A stretch of 64,000 nt of DNA, taken from NCBI GenBank assembly GCA_963924565.1, contig OZ004609.1:11160001-11224000 (forward strand), in the 5' to 3' direction. The stretch comes from Ascidiella aspersa (Eukaryota). The notes under the pieces were generated by a model. It searched no databases. It was not told where the DNA came from and was given only the letters and a program-made list of their open reading frames with translations. Of the stretch, positions 39,201 to 52,004 are shown piece by piece. Both the position numbers and the translations under genes were made by a program. Positions within the stretch are counted from its first letter, which is position 1. The number at the start of each line of letters is the position of its first letter.

Positions 39201-42200
39201 AAGAGCACACAATAAGACTTGCAAGGATAAACAATATCTAAAGCAGAATAATCCATAATGCCAAAGTATTGACAGTTGATACCAATGACCTAATAAAGCC
39301 GAATACACCACACCAAGTTCATTCAAATCAAGAAACTGACTATATATATACCTTACAGGCAAAATATATATATTTCTGTAAAATTTTAAGAAATTATTTT
39401 ATGTTTTATCTGTTTTTTATAAACAGTCAAAAAAAAAAAAAAAAAAATCATACACCACACTAGAATGCGATCTAAATCGTCTGAATAAGCCCAAAATGGC
39501 CAAAATAGCCTTTGAACTGTAGGTAGAGGGTATGGAATGTACTATTAGTCCTATTTTGGTCTTATTCCGAACTGACTGGTGTTTTATTCTGACATTGATG
39601 TTGTTCTTATCGTGCATCATGGAAGTTCACTGACAGACAGCCTTTAAGTCATTTCTTTGGTATGAGAGTAAATCGCCACTATATGTTGTCCTTTATCATT
39701 TTGGAGCTCCTATTTGCAATTTGTTACTACAAATTACACAACGCATTGTTTCAATGGTAATACAGAAATAAATCGGTTTCGCATATATATTGTTACACTT
39801 TGATGAATTTTTGTACTAATATAAAAAAAATCACCATGGAATTTTAAAAGTTCTGCACCTATGTAAACGTCTTTCTGACAACACGGTCATGTTTAAAACT
39901 AAAATATGTATATTTGTTGCTATCAAATTAGTGGCGCTATTATTTTATTGATGTGTGACAAGTAACGTTTAATGCAGGGGTGGGCAACCTTTTTAACACA
40001 AGGGCCAGTTAGTAAATGTAATGCTCACAGGAGGGCCGCACATTAAATAAACACTAATTCATATTTTCAGCGTTTACTAGAAAAACTGATGAGCTATTGG
40101 GCTGCAACTACGGCAGTTTTGTTAGTGCTGTCTATTTGTGGATTCTGAAATAACTTTTCCTACAATTCCAATCATGCCTTTCTCGTATGGAATGGCTAAG
40201 TACAATTTAATTAACAGCTTTAATTCCAAACCAGTTGTTAAACATAACATCTCAGTTACACCTTGATTGTACTAGACAAAGTGTAATTGTTGCAAACCAA
40301 TTCTTTATCATAACAACCGACACAAGTAAAACTTTATGAATGAAGTTTGTTTTGTAATAGATGCTTCCCATTCAAGTTCAACTGAATTAGTGTAGCCTAT
40401 GGGTTACATTGCACTTCAAACAGGAAACTGATAGAGCAAAATTCCCAACATGGTGCACACTCTAGCCTTTTTAGGGAAAAATAGCTAGAATAAGGTGAAG
40501 GGCTGCACAAAAATGGAAAAGGGCTGCACGTTGCACCCCCCTGGTTCAATGAGACTCCAGCCGTAAGACCGAAAAGAATTACATTAACATTGGAATAAAA
40601 CACTGTTTGAAATAAAGAACAAGATAGGACTAATACTGAATAGTCATAATAACGTCTAAATCAGTATAAGTCCTAAATCCGTCATCTGAATAAGACCTGA
40701 ATGGCCATAGTTAGGCCTATACAACTTTTTACCTAACCCCAAACCCAACCCTCAAGTACATCACTAACTCCCCTAATCATTTTCCTAACCCCACTAACCC
40801 CAAACAATCCGGTGCCGAAACAGCGACACCCTAATGTCGCCCGTCAAACTAGAGCGTCCAAACATCGCACCCAAAACAGCTGATGCCAAACTGATGGCTT
40901 GATCGTCCCGTACCCCCTACCAGCAGTTTTAGGTGTAACTCTGGCCATTTATGACTTATTCCAAAGAATATAGATCTTATTCTGACATTTACTAGTACTA
41001 CGTATTTGGCCTTACTAGGTCGTTGGTCTTAATATTATGGTATTATAGATATTCTGCTTTAGATATTATTGCTTTAATATACGTTTTCTAATGGTTCCTG
41101 TTAAATGCACACAGCAGGAGGAAAATTATTGCTCAAATAGTTTACCATACAACCTGGTGCAACTGCAACAACCTATTGACCAAATGCATTTCTTGTCTTG
41201 AAAGGCACTATGCATTAACAGTCCATTTAACAATCAAGGCGTCTGGTTCTAACACAAAATATTTTTTTTTTTGCTAAGCATCTGATTAATTTAATATTGT
41301 TTCCGAGAAGTTGTTTTATTGTGAAAATGACATAAATAAAATTGCTTGATAGATGGTTTAGAGCAGTAGTGTTAAAGAAATCCTTGATGCCCAAAACACT
41401 GCCATACCATAATGTAAATCATTCTGCATAATGAAAATACGTATCAAATTTTTTTGTATTTACATATAATTGAAGTTAGCAAAAAATATAGTTTGACAGG
41501 CTCTGAGGACCACATTTGACACATGGGTCTGAACCACGCCAAGACAATATAAAGATCCTTAGAGACACAATTTTTTAAAATAAAGTGTAAAATTGAATGT
41601 ACGGCTATCATACTGTCCACAACTACATGATAACACTAGGCACTAAACTATCCAAAAGTACCTCGCAGTCGCAGCCCACTCAAAATGACTCTCCACCCAC
41701 ATTTGGGCTGCGGCTTACAGTTTGCCAAACACTGGTTTCAAAGGGACTTGTTAAATGAGTAAATGCTAGCTGCATAATGTGATTCACAGGGAACGTTTTT
41801 TCATGTTTTTTTTAAGTTGAGTGATAAGGGTTATTATAGTGAGCCATTTAGAACTATGTATACGTAACTTAATGAAAAAAGTTTGGTAAATACTTAAAAA
41901 AACACAAATGACCTCTAGGCGACTGTTATCTTGTTTCGGGTGAGTGGTATTTGATAGACTGACTAGTGCAAATTTTGTGTTAAATGTCAAACCTAAAGTG
42001 TCCGGTTGTGAAATATTGCTATGCATATTACTATCAGTTATAAACAGTACAATAAGACAGTTTACTACACAGTAATGCCACTGTGATGCCTGTGAATAAC
42101 AACCTGTATATATTTTTATGTATGCGGGCACAGGGATTTTTTTAATTTGAAAATAGGTTTAATTAGCCTATATTCAGGAAAAAGGCAAGATGTGAAAATA

Positions 42201-42753
42201 AATCCAGTTGGGTTTGTTTGGTTTAAAATTAGGGTCAGCATGGTATCATCCATGATCTCACTAAAATGGAAAGGTGTGACCATCATACTTCAGGGAAACA
42301 CAACGTTTAATCGTTAATCTAGTTTATGTTGTAATTGTAATAGGACCATTAGACTATTGATATATTTAAAAGGCATAATGGACTAGTATGGAGCAAAATA
42401 AAGTGCACTGAAATATAACCAGTTGGCAAAACCTTTAATTGCTCATAGTTCCAGTACATCGCCTTTAGGCTGAAAAGATTTCCTCAAAATGTAAACATAA
42501 TATGCATAAACAAGATTTATGCAAAATATTTTTACTTTTACAGAGTTAAAATAGACAGGCCTCATGCCCATTTTTTATATATATATTGATACATCATACA
42601 TTGACTTTACATGTAACAGGTTTTGATTCTTTTAGCTGTGCTACTATTCCTAAAATTGTGTGCTGTAATTTGTAGAAAAGTCGAGAATCCAACAAAAGAG
42701 GTGATAAATCTTCAAAACATGAACAAAGCCAACAGCAACAAGAACAGCTGTGA
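33208..42753 (+). CDS. YTHDF: YTH domain family (YTHDF1/2/3-like) cytoplasmic m6A reader
   Basis: Exons 33208-33231, 33306-33413, 33632-33835, 33963-34738, 35633-36317 and a probable terminal exon 42676-42753 (KSRESNKR...QEQL*). Motifs [30 protein letters not shown] and the YTH domain [24 protein letters not shown]...[10 protein letters not shown]...NSRDTQEV, with the aromatic-cage tryptophans intact. AATAAA near 43560. The last exon is the least certain. Confidence 0.93.
36751..39056. mobile_element. Non-autonomous long-TIR DNA transposon, Sola2-like, in the last YTHDF intron
   Basis: Highly similar inverted arms 36751-37544 and 38258-39056, termini GGGTCATTCC...GGAATGACCC, and a 4-bp TSD TGTT on both sides. 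No transposase ORF was seen in the ~710-bp spacer. The superfamily call rests on termini, TSD length and TIR length. Confidence 0.85.
39233..41067. mobile_element. Old degenerate fold-back/MITE with nested insertions
   Basis: AATATCTAAAGCAGAATA...ACCAATGACCTAATAAAGCCGAATAC (39233-39306) is the inverted match of 41002-41067, and 39481-39530 matches 40915-40962. It contains a hAT-MITE left end at 39975 and a CCTAAC-rich tract at 40730-40800. Confidence 0.55.
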
Positions 42754-45347
42754 TGGAGTTATCTAAATGATTATATGTAAAGTGTGAGAATCACTGATTC
42801 ATACTATTCTAATTATTTTGTGGGCTTTTTTAATTGATTACCATCCAAAGTTTATTGTGTGTCCATTGTCCTTTGTTCACCTCTGAGCCTATTTACATAA
42901 TATACGTATGTGAAATTGTTTCATAAATGGGATTCAGTAAATACAAAATACTCGTGCTGACTGATAAAACCTGTAGATTTACTACTCTATATTAATTTTG
43001 TAAGCACGTAGCCAGGAAATTCATCCGGTAGTCAACTGAACCGTTGTGTTGACTCTAATTACTTATCATGAATGTAGCGATTAAGTTCCTCGTTTACCAT
43101 ATTATAGATGCTTGTTTGACCTGCAGTTTTTTTAGGACACACGTTTGGCCAATAAGGTGCTTTTTAGCAAATCGCTACTGAACGCCGTCCGATACTTGCG
43201 TCAGATCGTGGTATTCCTGTAGATTTTTATACGTAGTAGTAAACTTGAATCTGTACACAGCCTTCTACTTTACTTAATAATATTATAAACAATACGCATA
43301 CTAGCTACATCGCTCGAATATTGTGAACATATGTTAGCCAATTTTATTTTGTAGAATAAGGCAATTTAGTCTTTAACTTATTTTCCTTCCTAATTTTTGT
43401 CGGTGTGAATATACTTTGTTCAACTTTACTGTTAACTGTACATTGTCAACTGTCTTATCGCCTACGGCAGCCCTTTCTTTCTACGGGTTTGCTCTTAAAA
43501 CCAAACGTCTGACTGCTTGTGGGTTGAAGGCATATACCCTAAAACAATTCTCCTACTAAAATAAATGGTTTATATTGTAGTATAAAATTTTCTGTTTAAA
43601 GGCCCCAAAAAGGTGGAAGTGTGACTGTAAAAGATAGAAGACTATGGTAATTGACCAATTGGTTGGTTATCTAAAATTGGAAATTTTAACAACTCCAACT
43701 TTTTAGCAAAGCACCTTCATGTTTGCGAAGGGGCTAATGTTCTATTGCCTACTAAACTGGTAAAGTAGTTTGGCCACGTTTAAATTTTCTAAAGCAAACC
43801 AAATATGGCCTGTGGTAAAACTCTACCGTTCAAACTAGGGTAGTCCTATCTACTTTACAAGGTAAGTTTTCGAAAAATATTACATTAAAATTTAAAGGTA
43901 AATAGGTTTCCTAGCACAAAAGCCAATCGGCCCCCAATATACCAGAAAACCACACTTTGCTTGCATTTATTGATAAATGCAGGATAATTTTCAATTTGAG
44001 CAACAAGCCTGTGTTACCCAACTTTCGACTGAAACGCAGTTTGACGTGATCAAGCAATTAAAAACTTGTCTTCGCCGAAAATAGTTTTATATTCGTTGGC
44101 CTACAACTGGGAATCACGTCTTCGTTCAAAATGGAAGAAAATTGATAATATGTCTTGGTCTCGAGAATATTTCTACAAGATGAATAATATTCGTAGCTTA
44201 TATCTATAAACCGTATTGGAAAACAGGTAAAAATCGCAGAACTGTAACCTAAATAGAGGTTTCCATATTTGCGTCGAAAAGAGGTTTAATAAGCGTAAAA
44301 ACATATCCAAAACGGTTTTAAAACGTATATTCGTAAAGGAAGTAAAAAGGCTTTTGCTTAACGTTTACAAAACGTTATGAAATCGAACTCTTAAAAACGT
44401 TTAAATTTAAACGACGTACAAAACGTTCTTTCATAAATTATAAAAACACGTGTAGCGTCTTTCTCACGCCTTTCGGGATTAAACCAGATATATTAATGCT
44501 GCTGTCCATTACGCAGCACACGCTAGGCAGAATACCAATGCGCACCACGGATTATGTAACTTACATTGAACGATGTAACAGACGACACGAGATGGTAACC
44601 AGCACATAATAAAACACTATAGGCCTACTCCAGTTTATTTTAAACATCTTAACGAAGAAATGAAAAAACATGTATGCCTACATCACACTAAATCACGAAA
44701 ATGCATTGGCGTTACAATTCTTCGTCCAGAGCGACTTCGCGTTTCATATGGCCTATCAGAATTTGGGGATGAAGCATCCACGTCGACCAATGGTAGTAGC
44801 CTACATGCGGAACATCCTCTGATTCACTTTCGTCATTGACATGAGGGCTGCTGAATCGGTTAAAAATAACCCAAGTCCGCCTCTGGCCAAAAAAATAAAT
44901 CGCGCCCGACTCCGGTAAAATGTGCGATTTCGTCGAGTCGCGGTTCCGGCCTTGACTCTACAGCCTGTATTCCGCTAATTTTCGTAACTAAAATAACGTG
45001 GATATTCAGCAATCCACTTATATGGGTGTCATATAATTCATTCACTCCCATTACCTGGTTGGGAAATTTCACCTTTACAATTTCCAGTTGGCGGCCATGT
45101 AGCGGCTTGGGGATTTCATAAATGTTTATTGGGACGATGGTTAAGTACCTATGACTAGGGCTACCATATTTTCAGTAGCCTACCCAAAAAGAGGAAATAT
45201 TTTTGCTGCCAAGTAAGGGATACACCGTCGTTAGATTTATAGCTATAATATAGGCCTAATGGTGCTTCACTGTATGAAATGCCATAGTGGCTTCGGCAGC
45301 TTCAACTTCATCCCCTGACTTTAGAAAAATAGTGGGTCACTTTAGAT

Positions 45348-45843
45348 CAGTGTTTCTTAACCTTTTTTCAGTCGCACCCCCTTTTTGGTAATTTTCCTAT
45401 GCCTTGCACCCCCCGACGAAAAGCAATTTGGCATTTTTTAATCAAATATCAGTGAGGCAACATAAAAACAGTGAAGCGTATAGTTGGTCGCACGAAGCGT
45501 GAAAAAAAAAGTTTTATTTGGTTGATTTGGCTAAACTGTAGGCCTATTTCAGGAGGCTTTTCGCATTGTGAATACAACAAATTGCTCGGGCCCGACACTG
45601 TTAATTTTGACCAACGTGTTGTGAGGGCATTTGCTCTACAGTTGTAAGGCTGATGTCGAAAATTTCTGTGATGAGCGCGTTTTTGTTGTTTCAGTGTTAA
45701 AGTTGGCCAAAAACAGAGTTTGTACAGCTGTAGCAGTGGTGCCCAACCCAAAAACCATTAAAATCACTGCAAAAAAATTAAATATTGAAGTAGAGCTCGC
45801 GCCCCCTAAAAATTGCTTGGCGCGCCCCTGTTAAGAACCGCTG
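45348..45843. mobile_element. hAT-type MITE (nested)
   Basis: TIR CAGTGTTTCTTAAC / GTTAAGAACCGCTG; TSD CTTTAGAT/CCTTAGAT. Confidence 0.82.
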
Positions 45844-46897
45844 CCTTAGATAAAGATGAGGCTTCATTTTTACCTCTAATAGCCGGCTTATGCTTCGTGG
45901 TTTTAGATGGTCATCGAGGCTAACACTACCTTTGTTTGCCACAAAATAAACGTGCCATATCCACAAGTAATGCATTCAGCTACGAAAGAATACGTCCTTT
46001 TCTGAAACAAGGATACTTCTGGCGTGACCCATCGGTAAACAGAGTTTTTTCCTCTTCGGCATTACAATTTATAGCTTATTTTGTTTTTTGGTTGTCTAAA
46101 TTAAAGATTATAAAGAAAAATGAAAGCATCTAATGACATACCTGTATGCTATAGATCATAGACTATACAAGCTTCTGTAAGAAATAAGAACATCGCCTAC
46201 AATCAGGGGAGGCTGTAGCGCACGACTATTTACCGACTAAGAGATTTTGTGTTTATTGTGCAATTTACGCTGTAACGGCTTATGCCCCACATTTATTGTT
46301 TACTCGCACCAAAGTGTAAATGCTAAATGTGCTGTTCCGCGATTATCTCGGCGGTCAGCAGTTCGATTGTCTATGGCTACTTAAGGCCGCTATCCGCTTG
46401 TAAACAGACTTCTTCTCAGTTATCGTCTTGCTGTTCGCAACTTTGATGTTGCAAGTAGCATCTGCTATATGCTAACTTGTCCGCCTTCTATAGTTTAACT
46501 GGTTGTTCGCTTATCAGATAATACAATTCTAATAACCTAAACGTCTTGTGGTTGGTTAACGAGTTATACGCACGCAACCTTCAAGCAACCTTGAAACGAG
46601 AGTCAGAAGCTTCAACTACTAAACTCGTGCCCCACAAGGCTGTGCCTCACCTGCCAACATCTGGCAAAGCAAAACGTATATTAAAGAGATGTTTATCACA
46701 GAATATATATTATTTGCTAAAGTACAGTACACATTGCATGTTTTTGGGTGTTTTAATTTGAATGGATTCCTGTAGTCCTCCCGCAAATTTTACACTTCAG
46801 TACCTAAAGCGTTATTGTTTCCAATTTCTGTTGCGTTATTCATATCAAGCGTTCAAAATCGTTGAAATATGCGAAGAGAGGCAGTGCCGAGCTGTGC

Positions 46898-47154
46898 CTC
46901 TCTTCAGATCAATCAAGTTCTATGTACTGCATTATGCGTGCTTTTTTCTTTCCCAATTCTCTCGGAAAACATGATAAACAATTTAGCTAGGATTTGAGAC
47001 AAGCCTCAAATGTGACGTCCCAGCTTCTCTCTTCAGATCACAAAAGTTCTATGTACTGCATTATGCGTGCTTTTTTCTTTCCCAATTCTCTCGGAAAACA
47101 TGATAAACGATTTAGCTAGGATTTGAGGCATGCTTCAAATGTGCCGTCCCAGCT
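46898..47154. repeat. ~128-bp tandem duplication
   Basis: CTCTTCAGATCA...AAGTTCTATGTACTGCATTATGCG...GTCCCAGCT occurs twice in direct tandem. Confidence 0.9.
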
Positions 47155-47378
47155 ACGAAACATTTCTACATTGACTTCTTACAGTGTAAAGGATTGTTTT
47201 TTTATTATAAAATTTAACTAAAATGGAGGAAAATTTACACTTTCAATCAATCTAAAGTTAGAGTCATAAATAAAGGCAAATCTGTTTCCCATTAAAAAGG
47301 TTTGCATCAGACGACTGGACAAAAAAATAACACGCAACTTTCAAAGAGATTGGTAAAAAAAGGAGTGGATGTGACTGT

Positions 47379-47779
47379 CATAGGCTCAGCCAGGGGGCCA
47401 CAGAGGCCATGACCCCCTTAAAATTTATAAACATTGTGTACTCTTAATAATATTTGTTTTGCAGTACCATAAAAGTCGATCACAGGCATGCTAGAACTTC
47501 AATTGTCATGCACTGTTACGTCATAAACGATTTAGTTATTATTAAATTCGCTATAGGCTACTTATTGATGTAGTTTTACTTTTTAGTCATTTTGTTTTTG
47601 CTCTCTGAATGATATTTTAGTATTGCGCTAAAACTTAGTAAGTTGCTGCTCGAAACGGTTTGCTAGCGTATTTATTTGTGTTCGATACGCAGTTCATACA
47701 ATGGCAAAAGCTAAACAACAAAAGTTTAAACTTTTTACCCAGACCCCACCTCCCTAAATTTTGGCTGGCTACGCTACCG
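47379..47779. mobile_element. MITE with 8-bp TSD (nested)
   Basis: CATAGGCTCAGCCAG / CTGGCTACGCTACCG ends; TSD GTGACTGT/GTGGCTGT. Confidence 0.65.
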
Positions 47780-49513
47780 GTGGCTGTGCTGTAAAAAATC
47801 GCCTTTTATAATTTCCCTGTTTCTTGTTTTCATTTTTGTAATAAACGTGAAAGCATGCCGCTAATTTTTGTCTTTATTAGTACGATACCGTTTTTGTGAT
47901 TGTTGAACAAAAGCGTGGCTTGAAAAAATTAGTGCCTCACCATCTAGGAACGTCACCGCACGTCACTGCCTACAATACAGTAACACTGATGATAGGCTAG
48001 GACTACAAAACTCAAACCTTGCTTTATTAATGAGCCTTTTTACATGTGAAGTTCGGTTGCAATTTTTCTGGCACAATGTTTGCAAATAACAATCAAGAAG
48101 AAAGGGCTGGCGGGCGATTTGTTGGAAAACCGTTAAACCAGCAATTCAGCATGTTTAATGACTACAGTAATTTTTCGAAAATAAATTCCACATCTTGCCT
48201 AAAAGTCTTGTCGAAAATACAAGCAAATAATTCGAAATACGAAAAAAGAGGACATTTGGGCATTTTTGAGCGTCCTCGGAGGACTATTAACTTTTCTTGA
48301 AAAAATGGGACAAATCCTCCCAAAAGAGGACATATGATAGGCCTACCTATGGCTCCCTATGTCTGATTCCCGTCTCAAGGTTACAACGTCAACCCAAGAC
48401 TACTTTTTCACCAGTCCAATTTGTTAGCATTTAGAAAAGGCGGACGTTCGAGGCGCGCCCTAGATTAGACTGATTAGACCCTTAAAGGCATGTGCATGTC
48501 GGACTCGGGTAGTTTTACGAGTTCTTACTCGAGTCCTGAGTCGGACTTCAACAAAACAAACCAACTCCTCGAGTCCGACTCGGACTCCGCAACCCTGATT
48601 GACATACTTGGTCGATTGGCAGAAATGATCGATTTCTTTTATTTCCACCCCCTCCTCTTTCGAAAACCTTTCTAGGTTTCGGATCAAAATTGGTAGAAAG
48701 CTCGTTGGTTTTGGGCTGCTTCACCAACTTTTATTCCATAGGAAATTGCCTTTCTTTTCTCGTCAGTGCATAGTTTTTCTTTCAGCTTGTTGCTCCAGTC
48801 CCTGTGAAACTTACCTTCCGCTAAGGCCCTCTCTCTCATTTCGGCTCTGGCTTTTTGTCTCCGGCCTTTTTGTTTTAGCACAGGCCCTCTCTTTCTTTTC
48901 GGCTCTGGCTTTTTTGGTCTCCGGCCTTTGTTTAGCTCAGCTCTTTTTAATTTTGGCTGCGACTCATGGTCTTGGGCATACTCTCAACCTCAGATCCAGT
49001 GTTGTAAACAAATCGTAATAAATGTCCAAGTTGCAAATCAAGTCATTTAAAAACAAAAAAAAAAAATCACCGCAAAAATGTTTACAATATAAAACTATGT
49101 GAAGTTGAACTACAAATCAATGGTTATTTGAGTTAATCCATGTATATAAAAATTGCAGGACAATTATCAAAATTAGTAAAGTTATTTCAATTCAAGTAAC
49201 AAGCCCATTTTACCCAAACGTTCGGCTAGAAAGCATTTTGACGTGAAATAAGCAATCAACTACTTTAACGAAAACAATTTTTAGGAAATACCAAAGTCCA
49301 AGTAAAGTCGATTTGAAACACAAAAAATCCCAAAATCAAGTCATTAATCAGCGTTGAAGAAAACATGGCGGTTAAAAATATAATTGACCTATTTAAATAA
49401 TTAAACGCAATAAATATTGATTATATTTTCGAGTGACAAACATCTTGAAACAAGCATTAAGGAGACAAAATAATTTTCTTTTTATGTTTTATCGCTTTTA
49501 TCTTTACTTGATT

Positions 49514-49557
49514 TTTACACTGATGATGGCATGAGTTATTGCTGAAACGTCTGTAAA
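49514..49557 (+). ncRNA. Minimal type I hammerhead ribozyme motif (tandem array unit 1)
   Basis: TTTACA-CTGATGA-tGGCA-tgagttat-TGCT-GAAA-CGTC-TGTAAA: 6-bp stem I, intact core, 4-bp stem II, GUC cleavage triplet and a palindromic ACGT stem III. Confidence 0.82.
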
Positions 49558-50582
49558 TTGCGTAATATCGATTTAATCGAATATTATGACTTTGATATTT
49601 TTATTGAAATTATCAAAAGAATTACATGTAAAGATGAGGTAATTATTAAACATATCAACAAATATATTTAAGTACATTTAGGTTCATGTCAAGTCGTTCT
49701 TTTTGAAGTTTCAAGTCACTTTCAAGTCTAAAAATCGAGTAAACCAAATCAATATTTGCTATATTAAAGCTAAATGTTTCGATCAAGTACTGTTTATTTA
49801 AAAAAACACCGACTTTAGTCAAGGGATTTTCTTTTGTATTTGCAACACTGAACAAGCAGTCATTTACCAATTGCTCGGGGTATTTGGCACGCGACTTTTT
49901 TTGCTTAGAACATCATGGTTCTGGCTTATTGGCTCGGGACTCTTTATTTCTGCTCAGGTCATATTGGCTCTGGCTTATTGGCTCGGAACATTTCTTTATG
50001 CTCAGGCCATTTAGGCTCTGGCTCATAGGCTCGGGACTCTTCATTTTTCCTCAGGCCCATTTGGCTCTGGCTCATTGGCTCGGGACTCTTCATTTTTGCT
50101 CAGGCCATTATGGCTCTGGCTCATTGGCTCGGGACCCATTATGTTTGCTTGGTCATTACGACCCCGAAATCATTGGCTCAGGTCCTATTGTAATATCACC
50201 CTCCTGTCTGTATGACCCGAATAACAAATAGAAATGGAAATATTGAAACAAATTGAAAGTAGTACGACATACCGCGATACAACGAAATCAGACTGAAAAA
50301 TGTTACCATTTCAGGAAACATATGACACAAGAAAAATGTTCAGATAAGGTACAACATGTTTTCCAACAATACAGACAAGTGTGTGAGCCTTGGGCTAATT
50401 GTGTTTTAAGCACAGGCCGAAAATGTTCATAAAAAGTACAACATGTTTTCCAACGATACAGACAAGTGTGTTGGCCTTTGGCTAATTGTTTTTCAAGCAC
50501 AGGCCGAAAATGTTCATTGAAAGTACAACATGTTTTCAACAATGCAGACAAGTGTGAGCGCCTTAGGCTAATTGTGCTTTAA

Positions 50583-51215
50583 GCACAGACCATCTCTTAC
50601 TTCGGCTCTGGCTTTTTGGTGGCCGGCCATTTCAATTCAAGCACAGGCCCTCTCTCTCACTTCGGCTCTGGCTTTTAGTCTCCGGCCTTTTTATTTTAGC
50701 ACAGGCCCTCTCTCTCATTTTGGCTCTGGCTTTTGGTCTCCGGCTTCTTTTATTTTAGCACAGGCCCTCTCTCTCACTTCGGCTCTGGCTTTTGGTCTCC
50801 GGCCTTTTTATTTTAGCACAGGCCCTCTCTCTCATTTCGGCTCTGGCTTTTTGTCTCCGGCCTTTTTATTTTAGCACAGGCCCTCTCTCTCATTTTGGCT
50901 CTGGCTTATGGTCTCCGGCCTTTTTTTATTTTAGCACAGGCCCTCTCTCTCATTTCGGCTCTGGCTTTTTGTCTCCGGCCTTTTTACTTTAGCACAGGCC
51001 CTCTCTCTCATTTCGGCTCTGGCTTTTTTTATTTTAGCACAGGCCCTCTCTCTCATTTCGGCTCTGGCGTTTTGTCTCCGGCCTGTTTTATTTTAGCACA
51101 GGCCCTCTCTCTCATTTCGGCTCTGGCTTTTTGTCTCCGGCCTTTTTGTTTTAGCACAGGCCCTCTCTTTCATTTCGGCTCTGGCTTTTTTGGTCTCCGG
51201 CCTTTTTTTTTTTTA
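50583..51215. repeat. ~58-nt minisatellite, ~11 copies
   Basis: GCACAGGCCCTCTCTCTCATTTCGGCTCTGGCTTTTTGTCTCCGGCCTTTTTATTTTA repeated. About 5 further copies lie at 52827-53115 and about 2 at 48825-48930. Confidence 0.95.
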
Positions 51216-52004
51216 GCTCAGCTCTTTTAATTTTTGCTGCGGCTCATAGTATTGGGCCTATTCTCATTTACCCTCAGATCCAGTGTTGTAAACAAATCGT
51301 AATAAATGTCCAGGTTTCAAATCAAGTCATATCAAAATAAAACAAAAAATTACCGTAAAAATGTTTACAATATGAAACTATGTGAAGCCAAACTACAAAT
51401 CAATGGTTATTTGAGTTATCCCATGTATATAAAAATTGCAGGCCAAATATCAAAGTTATTTCAATTCAAGTAACAAGCCCATTTTACCCAAACGTTCGGC
51501 TAGAAAGCATTTTGACGTGAAATAAGCAATCAACTATAATGAAAACAATTTTTAGGAAATACCAAAGTCCAAGTAAAGTCGATTTTAAACACAAACAAGC
51601 CCAAAATCAAGTCATTAATCAGCGTTGAAGAAAACATTGCGGTTAAAAATATAATTGACCTATTTAAATAATTAAAATCAATAAATATTGATTATATTTT
51701 CGAGTGACAAACATCTTGAAACAAGCATTAAGGAAAAAAAAAATTTCCTTTCAACAAATATATTTCAAGTACATTTATGTTCATGTCAAGTCGTTCTTTT
51801 TGAAGTTTTAAGTCTAAAAATCGAGTAAACCAAATCAATATTTGCTATATTGAAGCTAAATCTTTCGATTAAGTACTGTTTATTTAAAAAAACACTGACT
51901 TTAGTCAAGCGATTTTCTTTTGTATTTACAACACTAGACAAGTAGTCATTTCCCAATTGCTCGGGGTATTTGGCACGCGACTTTTTTTGCTCAGAACATC
52001 ATGG

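Larger units (their letters stand above)
45156..48345. mobile_element. ~3.2-kb composite non-autonomous hAT-like element carrying nested MITEs
   Basis: Ends TAGGGCTACCATA / TATGATAGGCCTA with AAAAGAGGA subterminal motifs at both ends; TSD CCTATGAC/CCTATGGC. Confidence 0.6.

Noticed and set aside
40730-40800. Interstitial telomere
   Set aside because: Only scattered degenerate CCTAAC units within a transposon relic, not a (TTAGGG)n tract.
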